From Patescibacteria group bacterium (GTDB lineage: Bacteria > Patescibacteriota > WWE3 > UBA101185 > UBA10185), in contig JAUMAA010000001.1 of assembly GCA_032117075.1 (NCBI GenBank), forward strand, positions 13,597-77,596: a DNA stretch of 64,000 nt, given 5' to 3'. A program made the translations under genes and the position numbers. Shown here in pieces: positions 44,841 to 54,612 of this stretch. Within the stretch, counting starts at the first letter, position 1; each line of letters begins with the position of its first letter. The notes under the pieces are model-generated. The model was not told the DNA's origin. It did not search any database and worked only from the letters and a program-made list of their open reading frames with translations.

Positions 44841-47357
44841 ATGATTACGCTCCAATCTATAGATCAGTCTTTTTTTCTACTTATTATTTTAGTATTAATC
44901 CTTTTTTCTCCTTTTTTAACTGTCTTCTTTTATAACTTAACTTTATTCTTATATAGAAAATTTTTTTATTCTTCATTAAGTCCTAAAATGGTCCAGATGT
45001 TTGTCAAAATTTCTGGAAGTGATGAAACTCCCTTTAAAAATTTAGAGAACTTTTTTAGTGGGGTTCATGGTATTAAACAAACTTTCTTTGAGAATTTGTT
45101 TAAAGTACAAAATAGATTTTCATTTGAAATTGTCGGAAAGAAGGAGGGGATCTTTTTTTACATTGTTGCTCCAGAAAAGTATGCTCCCAATATCGAGAAG
45201 CAGGTTTATGGGACATATAAAGAATCTGAAATTGAGTATGTTCCTGTTTCTCACCCTTTCGATAGAGGGACATACAATTTAGCCTATGAATTAAAACAAG
45301 AAAATAATATTTTTACTCCTATTAAATTGTTTGAAGATAAGCAGGAGCCTTTAACAAATATTTTATCTACATTTTCAAAGCTTGGTCCTAACGAAGTTAT
45401 GATGTACCAGTTAGTAGTTACACCAGCCTCTAATTCCTGGATAAAATCTGTTAAAAGAATTTTAACAGCAAAGTCTGGTGGAGGAGATAAATCTTCTCCA
45501 GTGCTAGATCCTGGGCATAAAGAAGGTTTAGAAAATAAAATTAAATTTCCAGGTTTTTATTCTGCTATTAGATTGATATCAATAAGTGATGACCAATTTA
45601 GAGCCCAAGTTAATTTAGATAATACCCTTTCTGCCTTCAATCAATTTAACGATCCAAAAAATAATAATCTTATCAAGAGAATTTTTACCAGCAACTCCGG
45701 TATTATCAGAAGACTTATTCTACGAGAATTAAATACTTTTGATTTTCATATTCCATTGTTTGAACTTAAATTATACTGCAATAGCATGCTCTTAAATTGT
45801 GCTGAATTATCAAATATTTTTCACTTTGGAAACAAATTACTACCTGTTCCTGGAATTAAAAAAATAGCATTTAAAAAAAATGCAGCACCAGGTAATGTTG
45901 CTAATGAAGGTATTCTAATGGGAATAAACAAGTATAGGGATATCACTACCCATATAAGAATTACCGACCAAGATAGATTAAGACATACTTATATACTTGG
46001 TCAAACAGGTACAGGTAAATCTGTGTTTTTATTCTCACAGGCACTTCAAGATATTTATAGAGGGGAAGGTGTTTGTATTTTAGATCCTCACGGTAAAGAT
46101 ATAGAGGAATTACTAGGAAAAATTCCACCAGAGAGGGAAAAGGATGTAATTTATTTTAGAGCTTCTGATGTGGAAAGACCTTTTGGTTTTAATGTACTTG
46201 AGGCAGAAAATGAGTATCAAAAAAACACAATTATTAATTACTTTATTGAACTTTTAAATAAAATGTATGATCCAAATAATCAAGGTATTACAGGACCCCA
46301 ATTCCAACAAGCTGTTAGATCATCTATGGCTACCTGTATGGTTGATCCCGAAGCAACCTTGATAGATGTCGTCGAGTTGATTAGAGATCCTGAAAAAGCT
46401 GAAAAATATTTACCAAAAGTTACCGATCCAGATGTTATTTCTTACTGGAGAAATCAGATTGCAAATACCACTGCTCAAACAAGATCTGAAACTTTAGGTT
46501 ACTTTACTTCTAAATTTACTAAATTTACATCAGATACCTTTATGAGAAACATTATTGCTCAACCAAAGTCATCAATTAATATTCCAAAAATCATGGATGA
46601 AAAAAAGATTCTTTTAATTAATTTAGATAAAGGAGACCCAAAAATTGGAGAAGAGAATGCGAAATTTTTGGGTCTCTTACTAGTGCCTCAAGTTATGTAT
46701 GCAGCTCTTGCTAGGTCAGAAAAAATTGTAAAAGGAGAGCAGTTTCCTCCATTTTATTTGTATGTAGATGAGTTTCAAAATTTTGCTACTGAGTCTTTTG
46801 CAACTATCCTTTCAGAAGCAAGAAAATTTAAACTTGGACTAACAGTTGCAAATCAGTACATTGCACAACTTCCTGATACAATAAAAAACGCAGTCTTCGG
46901 AAATGTCGGAACTTCAGTCTTTTTTAGAGTAGGTCCCGAGGATGCAACTTTTTGCCATAAAGCTTTTGGCGGTGAGAAAGATTCACCTTTTTCCGAAGGA
47001 GATATATTTTCTTTAGAGTTAGGTAATTGTTATGTAAAACTTTTGGTTAACGGGCAGCCTACTAAACCTTTTCATATGAAGGTTGAATATAGTTTAGTCA
47101 TGCCGTTTAAAGAAGATAAAGTAGTTGCAGCAAGGATAAAAGAACATTCAAGAATGACATACGGAAAATCAGTTGCTGAGGTAAATGAGATGATTAACAA
47201 AAGGTTTAATGAGTTTTATGCAAAAGAAGAAAAAAGTTCCTCAGAGACAGTGCCCTCTAATCCTAAATTACCAAATATCCCAGGTTTTCCGACTCCTCCT
47301 GGAGGTCCAAAATCCCTCTCTGATGATTTTGATGATGATTTCTTTGCAGATTTATAA
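44841..47357 (+). CDS. membrane-anchored FtsK/HerA-superfamily ATPase resembling type IV coupling proteins (VirD4/TraG/TraD-like)
   Basis: Two N-terminal TM helices. Walker A YILGQTGTGKSVFL followed by ILDPHGKD (the T4CP-like 'DPKG' motif). Walker B FYLYVDEFQNF. Then TVANQYIAQL (Q-rich motif). Pro-rich, acidic C-terminal tail ...GFPTPPGGPKSLSDDFDDDFFADL. Confidence 0.55.
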   Translation: MITLQSIDQSFFLLIILVLILFSPFLTVFFYNLTLFLYRKFFYSSLSPKMVQMFVKISGSDETPFKNLENFFSGVHGIKQTFFENLFKVQNRFSFEIVGKKEGIFFYIVAPEKYAPNIEKQVYGTYKESEIEYVPVSHPFDRGTYNLAYELKQENNIFTPIKLFEDKQEPLTNILSTFSKLGPNEVMMYQLVVTPASNSWIKSVKRILTAKSGGGDKSSPVLDPGHKEGLENKIKFPGFYSAIRLISISDDQFRAQVNLDNTLSAFNQFNDPKNNNLIKRIFTSNSGIIRRLILRELNTFDFHIPLFELKLYCNSMLLNCAELSNIFHFGNKLLPVPGIKKIAFKKNAAPGNVANEGILMGINKYRDITTHIRITDQDRLRHTYILGQTGTGKSVFLFSQALQDIYRGEGVCILDPHGKDIEELLGKIPPEREKDVIYFRASDVERPFGFNVLEAENEYQKNTIINYFIELLNKMYDPNNQGITGPQFQQAVRSSMATCMVDPEATLIDVVELIRDPEKAEKYLPKVTDPDVISYWRNQIANTTAQTRSETLGYFTSKFTKFTSDTFMRNIIAQPKSSINIPKIMDEKKILLINLDKGDPKIGEENAKFLGLLLVPQVMYAALARSEKIVKGEQFPPFYLYVDEFQNFATESFATILSEARKFKLGLTVANQYIAQLPDTIKNAVFGNVGTSVFFRVGPEDATFCHKAFGGEKDSPFSEGDIFSLELGNCYVKLLVNGQPTKPFHMKVEYSLVMPFKEDKVVAARIKEHSRMTYGKSVAEVNEMINKRFNEFYAKEEKSSSETVPSNPKLPNIPGFPTPPGGPKSLSDDFDDDFFADL

Positions 47358-47375
47358 CTTTGATATAATAAACAT

Positions 47376-48779
47376 GTGAAATCAATTGAAGCAAGACAAA
47401 AATACATAGATTTTTTTAAGAAGCATGGTCATCATCATATTCCTTCTTCTACACTAATACCTGAAAACGACCCAACTACTTTATTTGTTAGTTCTGGGAT
47501 GCAACCTCTATTAAAATACTTTCTGGGTGAAAAACATCCAAATGGAACTAGAATTGTTAACTCTCAAATTTGTTTGAGGGCCCATGGATTTATGGATGAC
47601 CTTCTTGAAGTTGGAGATAATAGGCACACATCTTTTTTTGAGATGTTAGGAAATTGGTCATTTGGAGATTATTTTAAAAAAGAACAAATACCCTATTTTT
47701 ATGATTTTTTAACAAAAGAAATCGGTTTAGATCCGAACAAATTGTTTGTAACTTGTTTTATTGGGGATGATTCAAACGATATTCCAAAAGATAACGAAGC
47801 TGTAGAAATTTGGAAACAACTTTTTAAAAATGATGGAATAATAGCTTTGGTTTCAGAATTTAATTCTATGGGTGAGGCTGAAGAAAAAGGTATGGGAGAA
47901 TCAAGAATCTGCCTTTATCCCTCTAAGAAAAACTGGTGGAGTAGAAACGGTGTTCCTTCAAATATGCCTGAAGGAGATATCGGAGGACCTGATACTGAGG
48001 TATTCTATGATTTTGGATTCTCTCATGATGAGAGATTTGGAAAAAATTGCCATCCTAATTGTGATTGTGGGAGATTTTTAGAGATTGGAAATTCTGTCTT
48101 TACTCAATATCAAAAAAAAGATAATAAATTTGTAGAGTTACCCTCTAAAAATGTAGATTTTGGAGGAGGGTTAGAGAGAATTGTTGCTGTTTCAAATAAT
48201 ACCGATGATGTATTTGAAACTGACCTTTATGAAACCATAATTAAGAAATTGGAAACTTTACTGAAAATAAATTACTCAGAAAACAAACCTCTATTCAGAA
48301 TTATTGCCGATCACATGAAGTCTGGAACATTCCTTGCAAATTATGGAGTTAGACCTACAAATAAATTAGCTGGTTATATTTTAAGAAAATTTATTAGAAG
48401 AGCTGCGGTTAAAGTTTACTTGTTTAACCCAGATCTTGATTTCTCCCTGATCTTAAAAGAGGTTCCTTCATCAGTTTATGAGACATACTCAGGTATTTCT
48501 AATGATTTTGGTATAAATTTAGATTTAGGAAAGTTGGACGAAGTTTCAGAGGTTATTTTTATGGAATGCGAAAATTTCAAAAAAATTCTTCTAAATGGTA
48601 TGAAAGTTGTTAATAAAACTCCTTTGGAAAAAGTGGATACTAAATTTATTTTTGATTTATACCAGAACTTAGGTTTTCCATTTGAAGTTTCTTATGATAT
48701 TTATCAATCAAAAGGTCTTTCTTTGTCACATGAGGATTTTGTTGCCGAGTTTAATAGGCATAGAGAGTCCTCGAAATAA
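47376..48779 (+). CDS. alaS: alanyl-tRNA synthetase, aminoacylation domain only (467 aa; no editing or C-Ala domains)
   Basis: IEARQKYIDFFKKHGHHHIPSSTLIPENDPTTLFVSSGMQP (AlaRS motif NDPTLLFTNAGM), FFEMLGNWSFGDYFKKE (SFGDYFK), GPDTEVFYDFG, FLEIGNSVFTQYQ and VDFGGGLERIV match the AlaRS catalytic core. The ORF ends at TAA about where the tRNA-recognition and editing domains would start. Confidence 0.8.
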   Translation: MKSIEARQKYIDFFKKHGHHHIPSSTLIPENDPTTLFVSSGMQPLLKYFLGEKHPNGTRIVNSQICLRAHGFMDDLLEVGDNRHTSFFEMLGNWSFGDYFKKEQIPYFYDFLTKEIGLDPNKLFVTCFIGDDSNDIPKDNEAVEIWKQLFKNDGIIALVSEFNSMGEAEEKGMGESRICLYPSKKNWWSRNGVPSNMPEGDIGGPDTEVFYDFGFSHDERFGKNCHPNCDCGRFLEIGNSVFTQYQKKDNKFVELPSKNVDFGGGLERIVAVSNNTDDVFETDLYETIIKKLETLLKINYSENKPLFRIIADHMKSGTFLANYGVRPTNKLAGYILRKFIRRAAVKVYLFNPDLDFSLILKEVPSSVYETYSGISNDFGINLDLGKLDEVSEVIFMECENFKKILLNGMKVVNKTPLEKVDTKFIFDLYQNLGFPFEVSYDIYQSKGLSLSHEDFVAEFNRHRESSK

Positions 48780-48809
48780 CTATATAAACTTGATATTATA
48801 TTATTACTG

Positions 48810-50033
48810 ATGAAATTTATACAAAGTGTTAAAAGTTTAATAAATTATAAGAAAAATACTCCTTATTTTTATACTTTAGATATTGGTTCTGATTCAATCA
48901 AGATTATTCTTTCAGAAATTCTTAAAGAAGAGTTTAAATTAAAAATAGTAGATAGTATTAAAATTGCACAGGATTTAGATGCATATAAAAACGGTAAGAT
49001 ACTCAACGAGGATAAGATTATTAACTCTCTTAGAGAAGCTATTCGAAGGTTAAGTGAAAAAAATACAATCAAAGTTAAATCAGCTGTTGTCTGTATTTCT
49101 GCTCCTAATTCAAGAACCATAATGACTACTCTTAAAGTAAATAGGCAATCGAAAACACCCATTAGCTCAACAGAAAATGACGAGATTACTCACAAGTTAT
49201 TAGAGAATGCCTACTCTTCCCTATCAAATGTAATTTATGAAGAGAGTCTTTACGAAGAAATTGATATGGAGATGATTGATTTACAAAGTGTCTACATTAG
49301 ATGTGATGATAGGGTTGTCTTGGATTTAGAAGGTGAGGAAGGGTCTGAAGTAGAGTTGTGCTATAGTGTTTCCTTTGCCGATTCTAGTTATATTCATGAA
49401 ATTACAAATTTATTTAGAAAAATTAGCTTAGAAGTTATTTCTTTTGTACCCTCTTCAATAGCAATTTTAAATGCTTTAAAAAAAGGTAAAAAAGAGAAAT
49501 TAGATGGGGTTATTTTAAATGTAGGTGCCTCTTCTACTGAAGCTATTGTTTGTTTTGGTGGAGGTATTTTCTTAAATAAATCTATTCCATTAGGTGGATC
49601 TGATATCACCCGGGAGTTATCTCTTAAATTAAAAAGACCTTATTTGGATGCTGAAAAAATTAAAAGACTTTACTCTATGGGCAAACTTAATCCTAAGGAT
49701 AGTTCAACAGTTTTAAATATTATAAATAAAGTACTAACCTTTTGGCATGCAGGTATTGAGGAGTTATTTAAGAATTTTTCAGGAGTTAAAACATTTGCTC
49801 CTGACTTTTACTTAGTAGGTGGCGGAAGTGACCTTCCAGATGTAAAAGAGCAGCTTTTCGAGGAACCTTGGACAAAATCTATTCCTTTTAAATCTTCTCC
49901 AGAATTTAAAAAAATAGACATAAGTAAATTAAAAGAATTAGAAAGGTCTGAAGATTTGAAAAGTAGTGAGGACTTGCTTCCTTTATTGTGCGCATATTAT
50001 TATTTTCTAGTAAAAGGTGTCAAACATGAATGA
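48810..50033 (+). CDS. ftsA: actin-like ATPase of the FtsA/PilM family
   Basis: YTLDIGSDSIKIIL (phosphate-1); GVILNVGASSTEAIVCFGGGIFLNKSIPLGGSDITRELS (phosphate-2/adenosine); YLVGGGSDLPDV. 407 aa. No ftsZ follows. Confidence 0.5.
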   Translation: MKFIQSVKSLINYKKNTPYFYTLDIGSDSIKIILSEILKEEFKLKIVDSIKIAQDLDAYKNGKILNEDKIINSLREAIRRLSEKNTIKVKSAVVCISAPNSRTIMTTLKVNRQSKTPISSTENDEITHKLLENAYSSLSNVIYEESLYEEIDMEMIDLQSVYIRCDDRVVLDLEGEEGSEVELCYSVSFADSSYIHEITNLFRKISLEVISFVPSSIAILNALKKGKKEKLDGVILNVGASSTEAIVCFGGGIFLNKSIPLGGSDITRELSLKLKRPYLDAEKIKRLYSMGKLNPKDSSTVLNIINKVLTFWHAGIEELFKNFSGVKTFAPDFYLVGGGSDLPDVKEQLFEEPWTKSIPFKSSPEFKKIDISKLKELERSEDLKSSEDLLPLLCAYYYFLVKGVKHE

Positions 50034-51588
50034 ATTAATTATTAATAAAGAATATAACCTTGTTGAGATTATAAATTTAGTCTTAGATTCGGGCGAAAAG
50101 GATTTAATTTTAAAGATAGAATCAGGTTCTGTTCTCTTGGATACTAAAGTTAATTTAGGAATTCTTTATAAAATTTGTATTGATAAAGGTATCTCTGTTG
50201 CATGCGAAACAGAGGATGTTAGAGGTAAAAAAATAATTCAAGACCTTGTATATGAGAATTCAGAAGATAGGGAACTTGATGTTGATAGACTAATTGAGGA
50301 AGAAGAATCTCTTAGTCACCTAAAGAGAAGTAATTCATTTACTCCTTCTGAAAAGTCAAAAGATATAAATTTGCCAAAGAAAAATTTAGATTTTCCAAAG
50401 ATAAACTTCTCCTTTATTAATTTTTCTTTTCTAAAAGAGACAAAAATTTTACCAATTATTTTAGGTGTGTGGATCGTATTATTTGGTGGTGGGTTTTTTT
50501 ATTTGAATTCAACATTATCCGCGGATGTCGAAATATTTGTACAAGCTGAGAGATACGTAAAGTCTTTGGAAGTCAGGCTTTCGGCTTCTAAATCAACAGA
50601 TGTTGAAAATAAAATTTTTAAAGGGGAAAAATATTTACAAAATATTACATTGATTAAGGAAATAGATACCTCTGGAAAAATTGACAGTGGTAAAAAAGCT
50701 ACTGGTGAAGTTACCCTTACAAATAAAACAGATGAGGATTTGGAATTAAAGAAGGGAAGTAAGATTGAATATAAGAGTGGTGGAAAGGAATTGGTTTTTC
50801 TTACTCTAGAAGAAACTGAAATTCCAGCACGAAAACTAGAATCAACTTCCCCAAATGTTTATGTGAATACAACCAAGGTTATTAAAGTCGAAGCATTTGA
50901 TTTTGGAACTTCTTATAATTTAGAACTAAATAAAGAAGTAACTTTAGACGGAAAATCGATTGATTTAGTTTCAGGTTTAGTTACCAAAGCAATTTCTGGG
51001 GGTGTTAAGACAGATATTAAAGCTGTATCCTCCGACGATTTAAAAAAGGTATACGAGTCAGCTTTATTAGAAATTAAAGATAATTTTAAACCTGCTGAAA
51101 TTTCAGGTAAAGTTTTTTTGAAAGGATCTGAGCAGTTTACTGTTACTAAAACCGAGTATAGCGGTAAAGCCGGTGATGCTCTCGATAAATTAAAACTCAC
51201 TTTAACTATCGATGCATCAGGACTTATGTATGACAAAAAGGATGCTGAAAATTTTGTAAAAGCTTCTATGAATTCCTTACTTCCTAAAGGTTTTGAAGTA
51301 TATGGGAAAGAGCTTGATATTGAAGTTAACTTACTTGGAAAAACAAATTCATCAACACTTACGGTAGATGAAGGTGATGTTCAACTAACAATCAAAACTT
51401 ATAAGATACCTACATTAAATACTAATGAGATTAAATCTATGCTTTTAGGAAAAAACTTAAATGAAGCCGAGGCCGTTGTAAAAAATATTCCAAATGTAAT
51501 TAGATATAATATTGCTTTTAAATATCCATTATTTAGTTCAATTCCAACAGACCCACAGAAAGTAAATGTCACAATTTCTAAAGAGTAA
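50017..51588 (+). CDS. bitopic membrane protein with a large beta-rich ectodomain, translationally coupled to the FtsA/PilM-like gene
   Basis: About 140 cytoplasmic aa, one TM helix (ILPIILGVWIVLFGGGFFYL), then about 360 aa of Thr/Lys-rich extracytoplasmic sequence. Overlaps both neighbouring genes. Confidence 0.35.
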   Translation: MSNMNELIINKEYNLVEIINLVLDSGEKDLILKIESGSVLLDTKVNLGILYKICIDKGISVACETEDVRGKKIIQDLVYENSEDRELDVDRLIEEEESLSHLKRSNSFTPSEKSKDINLPKKNLDFPKINFSFINFSFLKETKILPIILGVWIVLFGGGFFYLNSTLSADVEIFVQAERYVKSLEVRLSASKSTDVENKIFKGEKYLQNITLIKEIDTSGKIDSGKKATGEVTLTNKTDEDLELKKGSKIEYKSGGKELVFLTLEETEIPARKLESTSPNVYVNTTKVIKVEAFDFGTSYNLELNKEVTLDGKSIDLVSGLVTKAISGGVKTDIKAVSSDDLKKVYESALLEIKDNFKPAEISGKVFLKGSEQFTVTKTEYSGKAGDALDKLKLTLTIDASGLMYDKKDAENFVKASMNSLLPKGFEVYGKELDIEVNLLGKTNSSTLTVDEGDVQLTIKTYKIPTLNTNEIKSMLLGKNLNEAEAVVKNIPNVIRYNIAFKYPLFSSIPTDPQKVNVTISKE

Positions 51589-51994
51589 ATTTAATATACT
51601 TGGTGTAGATTATGGGGATGTGAACACAGGATTTGCAGTTTCTGTAGATGGGGTATCAGCTCCTTTAAAAATTGTAAATTCTAAAAACTTTTTTCATTTT
51701 TTACAAGAGATTCAAAAAATTATTCAGGAGTATGAGATCAAATTAATAGTATTTGGGCTACCAGAAAGTTTTGATGGTAAAGATACTAACCAATCTATAA
51801 AAGTTAGGCAAGTCGTAAATAATTTGAAAAAGTATATTAAGATCCCATTTGAGTACACCTCTGAGTATGGAACAACTTCAGAAACCTTAGCAAACGGAAT
51901 AATTTCAAATATGTCGAGAAAATCTAGAAACAAAAGAAGTGATCATTATTCGGCTCATTTAATTTTAATGAATTATTTAGAGAAAAATTCTTAA
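51566..51994 (+). CDS. ruvX: YqgF/RuvX-type Holliday-junction resolvase-like nuclease (pre-16S rRNA nuclease)
   Basis: ILGVDYGDVNTGFAVS (RNase H-fold Asp motif) and KLIVFGLPESFDG; 142 aa. Confidence 0.8.
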   Translation: MSQFLKSKFNILGVDYGDVNTGFAVSVDGVSAPLKIVNSKNFFHFLQEIQKIIQEYEIKLIVFGLPESFDGKDTNQSIKVRQVVNNLKKYIKIPFEYTSEYGTTSETLANGIISNMSRKSRNKRSDHYSAHLILMNYLEKNS

Positions 51995-52254
51995 ATTTGA
52001 GATTTCAATTTTACTTCGGTCGAATCACAGTTTGCACACATAAAATTGTTTTCTTTTTTCTCAAAACATGACGGGCAAAGATAGAAACCGTCTTTGTAAA
52101 CCATTTCCTTACTATCACATCTATTACAGATAAAAATAACATCATCTTGGTTTATAACTCCGCAATTTGGGCATGAAAACTTAAGTTCTTTTTGTTCAGT
52201 AATTTGTTCTGGAGTATCTGTAGATTCAACTATTTCGAAATCTTTTTTGTTCAT
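51991..52254 (-). CDS. multi-zinc-ribbon small protein
   Basis: Four CxxC pairs: CPNCG...CNRCD...CPSC...CANCD. Confidence 0.35.
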   Translation of the reverse strand: MNKKDFEIVESTDTPEQITEQKELKFSCPNCGVINQDDVIFICNRCDSKEMVYKDGFYLCPSCFEKKENNFMCANCDSTEVKLKSQI

Positions 52255-52497
52255 ATTCTAATAATATCATATTAGAAATATTGTAATCTTAGGTTAAAAT
52301 AATAGTATGGATTGGTGGTTAATTTTATATATAATACTTGGTATTCATATTTTTACATCTATTGTTTTTGCTTTTTATATTTATATTAACTTCTATAAAA
52401 ATATCCTTCAATTAATTGTTAATTTACTTTTTGGTTCTTATGGCTTCTTTAAAAGCTTAATCCAATATATAAGAAAAGAAAGGATTAGTTTTTTCTA

Positions 52498-53190
52498 ATG
52501 TTTAAATCAATTCTTTCAGGATACCAAGCTGTAATTTTTGATTTAGATGGGACAATCTTAGATGATCAAGTTACCTGGGATAATGCCATCAGAAAAGTTT
52601 TAGGAAAGTACATTATTTCTGAAAATCCTAATTGGGGAACTCCTGGTTTATCGTTAATACCCTTAATTCAGCAGATTAAAAATTCTAATGAGATATCCTA
52701 CGACTTTAAAATTGAATGGGCTTACACAGAAATAAATAGAGAGTTCTTTAAAAATTTCGGTGATATAGAAATCAGGGGAGGTTTTATGGAACTAGCCGAA
52801 AGATTAATAAAAGATGAAAAAAGATTAGTTTTAGCCTCTAACACAGATAGGGAAATTGTTAATCAGATTTTAGATAGACTAGACTTCAAAAAATACTTTG
52901 AATTTATTATTACTAGAAGTGATGTCAAAGAGGGTAAACCTTCTCCGGATATTTACTTACTTGCTCAAAAGAAACTTAATGTGATTCCAGAGAGAATTCT
53001 TATTTTTGAAGATTCTTTTGTAGGATTTATGGCTGCTGAGGAAGCTAAAATTAATTCAATACTTGTCTTAAATCAAGAAAGGTATGCGGGTGAATTTGGT
53101 TCTAATGCTAAAGTCTTTATAAGAGATTTTTACGATGTTTTAAATTTAATTGACGAAGATTACGAAGATTATTTTGTTTCACATTTGTAG
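52498..53190 (+). CDS. HAD-superfamily hydrolase (beta-phosphoglucomutase/phosphatase-like)
   Basis: AVIFDLDGTILDD (motif I DxDGT); LASNTDR (motif II); KEGKPSPD...FEDS (motifs III/IV). Confidence 0.7.
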   Translation: MFKSILSGYQAVIFDLDGTILDDQVTWDNAIRKVLGKYIISENPNWGTPGLSLIPLIQQIKNSNEISYDFKIEWAYTEINREFFKNFGDIEIRGGFMELAERLIKDEKRLVLASNTDREIVNQILDRLDFKKYFEFIITRSDVKEGKPSPDIYLLAQKKLNVIPERILIFEDSFVGFMAAEEAKINSILVLNQERYAGEFGSNAKVFIRDFYDVLNLIDEDYEDYFVSHL

Positions 53191-53436
53191 GAATAAATTA
53201 TCTTTTGAATATTAAAAAGATTTCCAAAATTATAAAAATTCTCAATTAGATGGTAGTTTTCTACCTCATTTCCAGAGGAATTAATAAGAAGATAATTTTT
53301 AGATTTTTTAATTTCTTTAATCTCAATTTTAAGCTTTTTAGCCAAAATTTTGACATATATTGGGAAGATATCTATGTACTTATTTAACTCCACTTTAATT
53401 TGGGTTTCTGACATAAAATTAGTATAATATACCCCT

Positions 53437-54612
53437 ATGGAAACATATAGTCCTCAAAAATATTATATAACTACTTTTGGATGCCAAGCGAATGAAGCTG
53501 ACTCAAATACTATGGCTGGAATTCTTGAATCCTTAGGATTTGAAAGAACTAAAAGTATGGACGATTCAGATGTTTATATAGTAAATACTTGCTCAGTAAG
53601 GCAAAAATCAGAAGATAAAGCTTATGGAATCGGAAAAGAGTTGAAAGAAATGTCGGATCAAGGAAAAAAAACACCTTTTATAGTGATGGCAGGGTGTATG
53701 GTAGGTTCTGTTACAGGTGAAAGGCAAAGATACGCTTTTGATGAATTAAAAAAGAGAACACCGTGGGTAAATGATTATATAAATCCTCATCAAATAATGA
53801 ATTTACCAGAAATTTTGTTTAAAAATGGGCTTATTAACGAGTGGGCTGTCCAGAAATTTAACCCAGAAAAAGTTTATGGATCTCAAATTGATAGTAAACA
53901 TGTATTTATTAATATTTCTACTGGATGTGATAACTTTTGTGCTTTTTGTGTAGTTCCTTACTCAAGAGGTGCTGAAAGATCAAGGTCAAAAGAAGAGATA
54001 GTTAGAGAAATACAACACTACTTACTTAGAGGCTACACTGACTTTACTCTATGTGCTCAAAATGTTAATTCTTGGGGACTATCAATGGTGGACAAATTTG
54101 AAATTAGGTCCGGTTCAGATCAGAAACTTCCTTTTGCAAATCTTCTTAGAGAAATTCATAGTATAGAGGGAGTTCAAAAAATTGATTTTTTATCTTCTAA
54201 TCCATTTGATTTTACTTCTGACCTTATTGATGTTTTTAAATTACCTAAAATCTCTAATTATTTACATATGGCAGTTCAATCAGGAAATAATGAAGTTTTG
54301 AAAAGAATGAACAGAAGGCATTCTATTGAAGAATTCTTTTCCTTAATAGAAAGAATTAGAGAGGCTAAACCTGATTTAGAAATTGGCACAGATATTATCG
54401 TTGGATTTCCCGGAGAGTCCGAGGAAGAGTTTTTGGATACAGTAAAGCTTTTTGAAAAAGTAAAATTCAATGTTGCTTTCATTTCTATTTATTCTCCAAG
54501 AAAGGGCACTCCCTCTGAAACCCACATGAAAGATGACATCCCTTTAACAGAAAAAAAAGAAAGACATGCAAGACTCATGAAAGTATGGCAGGAAAATAAA
54601 GGAAAAAAGTAA
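53437..54612 (+). CDS. miaB: radical-SAM methylthiotransferase (MiaB family)
   Basis: N-terminal MTTase domain TFGCQANEADSNTMAG; radical-SAM CxxxCxxC (ISTGCDNFCAFCVVPYSRG); TRAM-like C-terminus. Immediately upstream of miaA. Confidence 0.75.
   Translation: METYSPQKYYITTFGCQANEADSNTMAGILESLGFERTKSMDDSDVYIVNTCSVRQKSEDKAYGIGKELKEMSDQGKKTPFIVMAGCMVGSVTGERQRYAFDELKKRTPWVNDYINPHQIMNLPEILFKNGLINEWAVQKFNPEKVYGSQIDSKHVFINISTGCDNFCAFCVVPYSRGAERSRSKEEIVREIQHYLLRGYTDFTLCAQNVNSWGLSMVDKFEIRSGSDQKLPFANLLREIHSIEGVQKIDFLSSNPFDFTSDLIDVFKLPKISNYLHMAVQSGNNEVLKRMNRRHSIEEFFSLIERIREAKPDLEIGTDIIVGFPGESEEEFLDTVKLFEKVKFNVAFISIYSPRKGTPSETHMKDDIPLTEKKERHARLMKVWQENKGKK

Noticed and set aside
52307-52498. 63-aa hydrophobic ORF upstream of the HAD hydrolase
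   Set aside because: Ile/Phe/Tyr-rich low-complexity sequence in an AT-rich spacer, with no motif; it could be a real small membrane peptide, but the evidence is insufficient.
53169-53414. 81-aa minus-strand ORF between the HAD hydrolase and miaB
   Set aside because: No recognisable motif. It overlaps the 3' end of the HAD gene. Kept out of the feature list as unsupported.
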